Below, piece after piece: positions 10,518 through 18,966 of a DNA stretch of 18,966 nucleotides (positions within the stretch are counted from its first letter, which is position 1; each line of letters begins with the position of its first letter). The position numbers and the translations under genes are program-made. The notes beneath the pieces were generated by a model. It did no database searches, was not told the origin of the DNA, and saw nothing but the letters and a program-made list of their open reading frames with translations. The stretch is from Fonticula alba ATCC 38817 (lineage: Eukaryota; Protista; Nucleariida): assembly GCA_000388065.2 (NCBI GenBank), contig KB932206.1. One strand, given 5' to 3'.

Positions 10518-10739
10518 CCGTCCATCCGGCCCTTGCATCTCCAAGAAGACTTCCCGAATATACCGCCGGCAACACGCCTACATGTCGTGTAAAGGGGAGG
10601 GCGGGCATCAAATGTCCAGAAGAGACTAATTTACATTTCACAAGGACAGGAGAGACAGAGACAGAGACAGAGAAAGAGAGAGAGAGGGCGAGAAGGTGGG
10701 AGCATAGGGCTCCAAGTAGGGTGTGAGGAGGCCACGATA

Positions 10740-11124
10740 TTACAGAGGAACACCCAACAGGGCCGCCAGGCTGATGATGCCGAAGCCCAGCAATAGCGAA
10801 GCCGCCATGGCCAGAGCCATGTCCGAAAGAATGGATGATGGGCGGCCGCCTTTCGAGCCATCCAGGGCACGGTGCGCCGAGATGGACCTGGGCAAGGCGA
10901 AGGGTCAGACGTCACGAATGGACAGAGCAAGCGAGCGAGCGGGCGAGTGAGAGAGAGAGAGAGAGGGAGAGAGCATGACAGAAGGGGGAGACGCACTGGA
11001 TGAAGGTCCCGATGAACATCAACCCAACCAGCAACAGGCCAGCCGTGACCAGGGGAAGATACACGCCGAAGGGGGAGAGGCTCGGCGACAGCCAGGCACC
11101 GACCAGGGGGCCGGGAGAGTACAT
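10740..11124 (-). CDS. TMEM258: OST5/TMEM258-like small two-TM oligosaccharyltransferase subunit, ~91 aa; 2 exons
   Basis: Minus-strand exons are 11124-10997 and 10887-10740, with a GTGCGT donor, CTGAC branch point and CAG acceptor. Product: MYSPGPLVGAWLSPSLSPFGVYLPLVTAGLLLVGLMFIGTFIQSISAHRALDGSKGGRPSSILSDMALAMAASLLLGFGIISLAALLGVPL. It has two hydrophobic helices, and 'ASLLLGFGIISL..LLGV' resembles the recalled TMEM258 segment 'ASLFMGFGVLFL..WVGI'. Confidence 0.7.
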
Positions 11125-11795
11125 GTCGAGGTGGGGGAAGAGATTGCAGCGATTGGAGGGGATCACAGAAGGGGCGCAAAGGGAGAATGGACGGACGGGA
11201 GGGGCAACATGCCCGGCGACTAGGTGCCGAGTGCGTGGCCGGGCTCCCTCTTCTTCCATCCCCAGACGCCAAAGAAAAAGGTAAACAACATCCGGACCCT
11301 CGGCTTCACGTCTCTCGTAGATGCTTGCACCGGCCCTGTTGTCATCCATCCAGAGGGAGAGAGTGAGAGACGGGGAGAGTTGACAGACAGGCCCCCCCCC
11401 CCCCCCCAGGCGTTGGCGTTGGGTGAGGATCGCCGGGCCTCCGTGATCCGGTCACGCCGCACATCGCGAGACGGTTCTGATGCGTGTTATGTGCCAGCGC
11501 ACCGCCAATAATGACATTTGTGTTCTGGTTCTCCTCCCCCCACACCCCCCAAAAAAAAACAACCCCCCACCAAAGAAAAAACAACAAAAAAAAATGGTGT
11601 GGAGACAACAGAGAGAGGGACGAGGGGGGGGGGGCGGCGCGGGGGGGGGGGGGCGACCCCCGGGCTGGCTGACTGTTTGGGCCCCTCTCGGCCTGGCCAT
11701 GTTTTTGCTGGCGCCTCCACGCTGTCCCGAGATTCACCCCGGGGGCCCGGGGGGCTGCGCGAGGAAGGGCAATCGCCCAAGGCCTTTTGGCAACC

Positions 11796-14350
11796 ATGCC
11801 GCCAGTGGCTCGGCCCTCTGCTGAGATGAAAGTACTCGACTCTTTGCGATCCGCGTCCCCCCTCCCCCCTCCTTACCCCCCGCCCCCCTCCCCCTCCCGA
11901 TATTGCCACGCATTGTATCTGCTCTTCTTTTCCCCTGCTCCTCCCGCTGCGCCCTCCTGCTGCATTCTCTTGCCATCCTCCGCCGCGTCGCTCGCCCTCC
12001 TTCGCCACTCTCGGTCTGTCGCCGGCCCTCCTCTCGTCGGCCTCCCTTGGCCCTGCCTTTGCTTCGTCCTGACCTAGGTCGTCCATCCAACTCCTCTCTC
12101 TCTCTCTCCCGCGCGCGCGCGTGCCCGAAGGAGACGTTGCTCACGCTGCTGAGACCAGCCCGGCTGTCGCGCACGGCCCGTGCTGTTGCGGCCGCCGACT
12201 ACTCCTCATCATCATCATCACGGAACTTCCTGTCCCAGCAGCCCCACGGATCGGCGGCCTTTGTCCCGCAATTCCGGCCTGACGACCATGACGAGGCGGA
12301 GGCCGAGCATCACCAGGGCGAGCGCCGTGAGGGCCGTCGATCTGCCTCCTGGCGCAATAGCTCCCTCCATGACCCCGGGCTCGTCGATCTCGCGCAGCTC
12401 CATGACCAGGAGCCCCGGGATGTGAGCGACGACCCGGTGCCCACCAATGTGCTGCGCAAGTCGCGTCGCGATTCGCGCCACAGCAGTTCCCTCCACGATC
12501 CCGAGCTCCAGGACACCGAGCACATCTCCCCTGAGCCTGGTCGCGGCCGGTCCCTCCGCCATGGTGGGGCTCACACTCGCCAGCGCCGGGACTCCTGGGC
12601 CGTCTTCGATGACTCGGACGACGACCAGGCCGACTCCCGCGCCGAGGATCGCACACACAACTCCCGGTATCCCCGGCTTGAGGAACTCCAGAATGGGACC
12701 GCAGCCTGGCCCGGCATGTCCAGCTCGGCGCCGCGAATCACGCGCAAGCCCCTCCCGGCGATGACCCTGCGCCAGGCGCTGGCTCGGGCACGGGAGTCCC
12801 CCGGCCGGCGGCCGCTTGGACTGTCGCTGTTTGGCCAGTTCCCGCCCCGGAACACGCGCAGTTTGCGCTTCTCGCCCGCGCACGGGCTGACGCCCCTCCC
12901 GCCGAAGGCGCATCGGCTCCTCTTCCGCAACCTCGGCCTGTGTGAAGCCTGTGGAAAACACGCATGGCATGAGCCCTGTCCCAATTGGGCCACCGGCAGC
13001 ACGACGCACCAGTTTGTCGGTGGGCGCTTCCGCCTCCGGCCGGCCGAGGCCACTCGCCGTATCCAGGAGGACTTGTGCTTCTACTGCGGTGAGCACCCGA
13101 GCTCCGTCGAGTGTCCGAAGATGCTCCAGCGGTATCGCGTCTTGTTGAAGAACAACCGGGTGATCGTGCCCAAGGCCGAGAAGCGCCGGCGTCGTAGCCT
13201 CGACCTGTGCGAGGAGTGTGGCCTCCATGCGAACTCCGTGCCCTGCCAGCACCTTGCCCGGCGAGGCATCCTCCTGGTGAATGGGGTCCGTGCTTTGACC
13301 ATGGCCGAGCATGACCGTCGCCTGCGGCAGGACCTGTGTGTCTATTGTGGGCTACACCCGAGTGGACAGCCCTGCGCCACCATCACAGCTTCACAGCAGT
13401 ATCGCCCCACCAAGAAGCCCTCCAAGCAGCAGTCGACCGAGACCGTTGATGGTGCTGAGGCTGAGACCGGTCCGGAGGTCGAGGCCCAAACCGAGCACCA
13501 GGACCCGGTGGAAGTCTCCTCTGGGACGACGGCGACGGTGACGGCGGCGAAGAAGCAAAAGAAGAAGAACAAGGACCGGGTGCCCAAGGTCGCCGGGGAC
13601 GCCTCCGCCGATGCTCGAATGGCCCTGCCCTCCGGTCAGATTATCCTCACCCAGCAGGAGCGTCAGCGCCGTCAGATGCAGGGTCTCTGCACGTACTGCG
13701 GTGCCCACGATGCTGCCACTCCCTGCCCGAAGAACCGGTCCAAGGGCATGGTTGGCCATCCGTGGGCCCTGCAGGTGTCGGCCGCCTCTCGGCGCGAGAA
13801 GGACCTGGTGGACCTGTGCCTGGCGTGTGGCCAGCACCCGGCACAGGAGGTGTGCCCGTTCCAGCGCGGTCGCCACGTGGCGGCCCGGACGGGCGCCGGC
13901 CCTGGGATCCGGGCCTCTGCCGGTAGCCGCTGGAAGGCCACCCCCGGTGATGATACTGCCACCTTCGAGGGGGTCCCTCTGATCCAGCCCGTGTCGGCCC
14001 CGGTGTCGGACCACCGCCATGAGACATATGCCCTGTCGACCATGGTGCCCCATCTGTCGACTGCAACCAGCCCCGGGCTCCTGGGGCACCGGCAACGCGT
14101 GGCCACCCTCTCAATGCTGGTCGGGTCGTCCTACTACCAGCATCCTGCCCTGGCCAAGCATGCAAACACCCGGTTCATCTCGCGCGCCATGCGCCGGGCG
14201 GCCGGCAACACGGCCCAGCATCGGATGGATCAGGCGTTTGCCCAGCTACAAGCTGCGGCTGCGACTGCGACTGCGGCTGCGGCTGCGGCTGAGACTACGA
14301 CTGTGGCTGCGGCCGCGGCTGCGGTTGTGCCGCAGTCTGACGAGTTGTAA
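11796..14350 (+). CDS. Uncharacterised protein with six atypical C-x2-C-x2-H-x5-C zinc knuckles (Ty3/gypsy Gag nucleocapsid-like), ~750 aa
   Basis: There is an uninterrupted coding exon at 12131-14350, within the 815-codon ORF. Knuckles lie at 12941, 13076, 13208, 13337, 13688 and 13817. The 5' end is uncertain. The best model has exon 1 at 11796-11831 (ACCATG context, MPPVARPSAEMK) spliced across a pyrimidine-rich intron at 11832-12130 (GTACTC...CTGAC...AAG). Confidence 0.75.
14254..14328 (+). repeat. Coding (GCGGCT/GCGACT)n hexanucleotide-like repeat giving a poly-Ala/Thr tail
   Basis: The repeat translates to AAAATATAAAAAAETTTVAAAAAAV near the C-terminus of the knuckle protein. Confidence 0.8.
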
Positions 14351-15092
14351 AGCGCCTCGCCGCTTCGCGCCTGGTGCCGTGACCTTGAGTTTTCCCGATA
14401 TGCAAATGTATGTGTGTATGTGTACGTGAGAAGACACGCACACGGGCATGTACTTTGCATCTGTCTACCTTTCCCTGGGCGGTCGGCCAGTTGGGGGGAT
14501 GTCTTGCATGGTGTTTTTTCTCTTCCCCCTTCCGCCTCCCACATCCCAAATAGAACAAACCGCCTAGTTGTATCGTTGCAACCGCCGGCGGGCGCCGGGC
14601 TGCCACAAACGCCCGGGGAGGGAAGGGGGGGGGGACGGGGGGCGGGGGTAGCCGGCAGTGATCAACGGACGAGCGAGCCGGCCACGCGCAAACAGCAAAC
14701 TGCGCCGGCAACGCAGGGACTTCCGTGATGCGGCCGGGCCTCGCATAGGTGCCAACGCATGGGCCTGATCGAAACCCGAACGGCCCGGCAAAGGACGCGG
14801 CGGGGGGGGGGGGGGGGAGATTGCCGCTGGCGGCCGACCCCGATGGGTGTGGGCCCGCCCGTCGCCGGCCCGTGACTGTCGCTGCCTCGCCCGCTATCGT
14901 GTTCTCTTGGGCAACCGACGAGACAGCAGGGCGGGATCTACGCACAGATCAGGCCCCCCTCCCCCCCCCTCCCCTATCAATCGCGTTTCCCCCTTTTGGC
15001 CTCGCTCGGCGTGTGCCTCATTAGCTCCCACCCCTTCCCTCTCTCTCTCTCTCTCCCATCCCGCCCGCGACGCCCGCGTCCGTGAACCAACC

Positions 15093-16733
15093 ATGCGGGT
15101 CCCTGTGCCGGTGGGAAGTGCGGCCCCGCCAAAGTCCGTGGCGCCGGCCCCTCCTCCTTTGAATGCTGAGGCCCCCCCATTGGCTCCGAACACCCTGCCA
15201 AAGAAGTACATCTGCCATGGCAGCGGGTGTGCCAAGCGCTATGCCACGGCAGCCGGCCTGTCGCGCCACCTGAAAAACGTGCATAATATCGACACCGGCC
15301 TGACATCGGCCTCGTCCAGCCGGGCAGCCACCCCCGGTGCCTCGCGCGGGGTGTCGCCCTCGCCAGGCCCGGGGGCCGGCGCCCGCCGGGCTGGCAGCTC
15401 CCCTGCGTCCGACATGTCGACAGACGCTCTTCCCTCGGCGAGGGCCAATCGGCCGGGTGCTGGCGATGCTGACGCCGGCCCTGGTCGAACTGGCAGCGCC
15501 CAGCCACCGGACTCCGGTTCAGAACCTCCAATCAAAAAACGGTATGCAACCTCCGGGGGGGGGGGGGGGGGGGGCCCCTGCTTGACCGGGCTCCTTCGCC
15601 TCGATCTCTTCCCCTCCTTGTCTCCTTCTGCATCATGCTGATGGCCCATGCCTTTTGGCCTCCTTTCCAGCCGGCTACCGAAGACCCCGGCCGGGCTGCC
15701 TCGTAAGTCTTCCGATGCCGGCTCCAGCTCGGCATCCGGATCCGGATCCGATACTTCGATCAATGAACCGCCCAACCGACGCAAGTCAAGCGACTCCGGC
15801 CGTGCAGATGCAGCTCGAGCTGGTGTATCCTCCGATGCCGGCAAGCCGCCAGCGGCCGCCGGACAAGGGGCTCCGCAGGCCCCACGCCGGCGGCCGGCTC
15901 AGGTGCCGGGATCCGGCGCTCTTGCCCCGGGCCAATCGGCCCCCGGCCTTCCCGCCGGTGAGCATTCCAAAAAGCGCCTCCCCGTGGATCCCTTCGACTC
16001 GTTTGTCAATTCGCCCGAACGCTTTGCGGCCCTTCTGTCGCCCGACGCTCCGGCCCCGCCAGCCCGGCCGACTCCGGTCCACGTGGAGTTCTCCCTGGAG
16101 CGGGCCTTGCACGGGGGTGGCTTGACCACGCAAACGGCCGGCCTCTTTCGGCTTCTGCCACCGAGTGGGCCGTGCCTGCGACTTGTGCCACCCACGCCGG
16201 CCCCGGGTCCGGCCCCAGCCAGCGATCCCTTCGGCCCGCTGCCGGAGCTCAGCCAGCCGGTCGGGGAGCTGGCCGCCCGGGATCCGGTGCTCGGGTGCCC
16301 GACGGCCGTGCGTCTGGCACTCGGCGCTTGCCCAGTGGCCGAAGCTGCGCGTCTTCGTCGGCGTGCGCGCTTTTCGCGCCTGTCCCCCGGCCTGCTGCTG
16401 TCCCAGCTGACTCGGTCGATACCGCATCTTCAGGCAGCTTCTGCCGCGGCTTCCCGGTCGCAGCTTGCCCCTTTGCCTGACTCGCCGGCTCTGTCGTCGC
16501 CTGGGCCCCTGTCGGCCTCGGCCTCGGCCTCTTCCCTGCAGCAGCAGCAGCAGCTCCCCTCGCCGGACTCATCACTATCGTCTCTCTCACTGGCGCACTC
16601 GGCCCCGGGGTCGTCGAGCCCCAGTTCGGCTGGCGCGTCTCCGACTCTCTCCTCAGTGCCCTCCGGGGGGTCCTCCTCAATGTCCTCGCCCCTCTGGTCA
16701 CATGGCGGGCGGAAGTCGCTCAACGCCAAATAA
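15093..16733 (+). CDS. Single C2H2 zinc-finger protein, Pro/Ser/Ala-rich, ~503 aa; 2 exons
   Basis: The start is in ACCATG context at 15093. Exons are 15093-15541 and 15671-16733 (GTATGC...CCAG, frame-consistent). The finger is YICHGSGCAKRYATAAGLSRHLKNVH (15207-15284). A basic NLS-like PPIKKR|RLPK spans the splice junction. Confidence 0.75.
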
Positions 16734-17066
16734 TGGATACCTATGGACCGGGGGCCTTTTCCCTCCTCCCCTCCTCTCTCTCTCTCTGTGTGACGGGCAT
16801 GCAGGGGATCGGTGGATGTAATAACAAGGACAATGTATTCCGGAGGGAAGGAAAGGGCAAGGCAAGGGGGAGAGGAGACAGGGGGAGGGAGAATCTGGCA
16901 CTGAGAGATTCACATGCCCAAAACCGGCCCGGAGCTTCGGGAACTCAGTTGGAAGAGAGAAGGGCGGGGAGGGGGGGAGGGGGGGAGAAGAAACCTCCGA
17001 CCCTGGGTCTAGGAACTTCTTTCCTCTCCCATAGGCACAGCACGCTTGTGGGAGGGGCGACAGCCA

Positions 17067-17069
<3 letters not shown>

Positions 17070-17101
<32 letters not shown>
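17070..17101 (+). repeat. (GA)n microsatellite just downstream of the GPCR stop codon
   Basis: About 16 uninterrupted units are visible. Confidence 0.95.
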
Positions 17102-17104
<3 letters not shown>

Positions 17105-18966
17105 TCACTCATGTGGAGGCGACAATGGGCTATCAGCAGAAGGCAGAGGCAGGGAGCTCCCCGAGGAGGAGGGAGGGGCTGGTAGAGGCTGCCAGGCCCC
17201 TTCAGCCAGGGAGAAAGTCGACAGGCCCTCGGGCTGTGAGACGTAGCCACCCTGCGGCTGGGGTGGAAGGGGTGACCGGGGGATTTCCGCCAGGAACATG
17301 TCCGCCTCCGGGTCATCGGTCCTCCTGGAGGTGTTGCTGCTGGCACTGGGAGAGGTTGTTGAAGCTCCTGCTCCGCCAATGGGCCCCATTTCGAAACCCT
17401 CGTCGGCTTCCGTGTCGTCCGCAATACGCGTGGGCAGAATGCTAAGTGGCCGGTGGCCGCCGGGCACGGGGGCAGCAGGGCCGGCGGTGGCGGTGTCCTT
17501 GACCATGGCGACGTCGCCATCCGACGGGCCGGAGGGGCGGTGCCCGCCATGGCAGTCCTCCTTGTCAGCTGGACCGACGTCGGGAGACCCGCCCGATGTT
17601 CCGGAGGATGAGTGTGTCAGGAAGAGATCCGAGCCAGAGGCCGTGGTGTCCATGAGCGAGGAGGTGGATTGCCGGGGGAGACGCTCGGTGGCCGGGGTAT
17701 CCTCGGCCGGTGCGAGAGCGCTCGACGATTGGGACTCCACCGTGCCGCCGGCCAGGGGGGCGGTCGGGACCAGGGACGTATTGCTGGTGCTGAAGCTGGT
17801 GCCAGCGCCACTGGACGAGGCGGCCGTCGGACGGAGGGAGGTGTGGAACTTCTCCAGGTAGGCATCGCGACCGGTCATGTGGTGGTACACCACGTTGGCA
17901 TACTGCACCAGGTTGGTGAGCATCATCAGCGAGGGCGACAGGATGGCCAAGACCACTCGGCCCCAGAGGTGGTATTGGGCGCCGAAGATGACGAAAATGA
18001 GCCCCGCAAAGAAGACCAGAAACACGAGCCCCATCTGAATGACCAGGGTCTTGTACTCGCCGAAGTACCGGTGGCTGATCTTGCGTGTGCGGAAGCTGAT
18101 CACCGCCAGGGCCACCAAGACCACGAGGATCACCCCGAAAAGGGGATAGAAGGCCAGGTCATTGATGTAGCAGAGGTTGATGCCGCCGAAATTCACCGGG
18201 TCCATCAGATGCAGCGCCGAGATGATGACCCCGGTGATGAAGCCGGCCAGCATGACCAGCCCAAAGGGCAGGTACAGGGTGAACATCGAGATGGACTTCC
18301 GCCGGAGGAAGATCAGGTACAGCTGCGATCATGCATGAGAGGGGGAGGCAAGCCCGGAGGTTAGAATGAGGCCCGGGCTGGGGCGCTGACAGGGGCGATG
18401 GGGCAGACGCCGGGCGCACCCTCCAGATTCGGACCATGAAAGCCCCCAGCATCAGGAACATGCCGAAGTAGAGCTGCATCCAGTCTGTGGCGATCGGGGG
18501 AGGGGAGGCCGCCCGGGGGGGGAAGGGGTCAATCGTGTGTGGCGAAGGATCGACACAAAGGAAAGAGAGGCAAGAGGAGGAGCAGGAGGAGGAGGGGCAA
18601 GACATACAAATGACGTAGACACATCCACCAAAGTCCGGCGGGATGGGCAGCACACGGTTGGCGAACTGCGCGTCGGGAGTCCGGGGGGTTAGCGCCAAGA
18701 TGAATGCACAAGTGGCTGGAGGCAGCCACAGGGAGACGGGGACCGGCAGAGGGAAGCACAAGCAGAGGAAGGGGCAAGGCGAAGTGTCCAGGCACGCACG
18801 AGGCTACCGTAGGAGAAGAGAAGTGTGCCTGCATGATGGGCCCGGGACGGGATCAAGCCGGGGGCCGGGGGGACGAGGTGAGGGAGCGAGGAGAAGGCGG
18901 CCAGGTGGCCGAGCCGGTGGTGGGGATGCACCCGCGTACCGATATACATGGCGATGATGAGATTGA
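17105..18966 (-). CDS. Class C (GABA-B-like / 7tm_3) G protein-coupled receptor, 5'-partial (TM2-TM7 plus a long Ser/Thr-rich tail)
   Basis: Minus-strand exons: >18966-18940, 18828-18808, 18715-18608, 18484-18420, 18322-17105. The spliced product reads 'NLIIAMYIGTLLFSYATCAFILAL...GGCVYVIYWMQLYFGMFLMLGAFMVRIWRLYLIF...NLCYIND...SFRTRKISHRYFGEYKTL...'. This matches recalled class C motifs: TM2 N(L)II..G..L.Y, TM3 C...W...G..L..GA...K/R.WR...IF, the ECL2 Cys, and ICL3 TR......F.E.K. Confidence 0.82.

Noticed and set aside
11125-11349. In-frame N-terminal extension (MDDNRAG...) of the OST5-like gene
   Set aside because: OST5/TMEM258 proteins are ~80-90 aa, and the extension is pyrimidine-rich and UTR-like. 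It cannot be excluded without TSS data.
12141-14165. Several long antisense ORFs (364, 234, 172 aa and others) opposite the knuckle gene
   Set aside because: These are shadow ORFs expected from high GC3 codon usage, with no domain signal.
14295-14945. 216-aa minus-strand ORF between the knuckle and C2H2 genes
   Set aside because: It has low-complexity composition, crosses homopolymer runs and overlaps the knuckle gene's 3' end antisense, with no splice-consistent model.
17298-18364. Plus-strand 187- and 250-aa ORFs
   Set aside because: They are antisense shadows of the GPCR terminal exon.

Overview
GC-rich, intron-rich eukaryotic genomic DNA using the standard genetic code. It has GT-AG introns mostly ~60-240 nt long, usually filled with microsatellites, and one 10-N assembly gap at 5944-5953. 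The overall style suggests a unicellular opisthokont such as Fonticula; that is an inference and was not database-checked. Manual splicing gives two minus-strand tRNAs (Cys-GCA, Ala-AGC) and seven protein genes: two tandem, highly diverged arrestin-domain genes with matching intron positions; an 11-exon MCM10; a small OST5/TMEM258-like membrane protein; a ~750-aa protein with six copies of an atypical C-x2-C-x2-H-x5-C zinc knuckle resembling Ty3/gypsy (PEG10-like) Gag nucleocapsid; a single-C2H2 zinc-finger protein; and a 5'-truncated GABA-B-like class C GPCR. The most novel-looking element is the six-knuckle protein. It may be a domesticated, internally amplified Gag-nucleocapsid module, possibly with a mitochondrial-type presequence. 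All exon models were built by hand from splice signals, reading-frame continuity and recalled family motifs; no searches were run.
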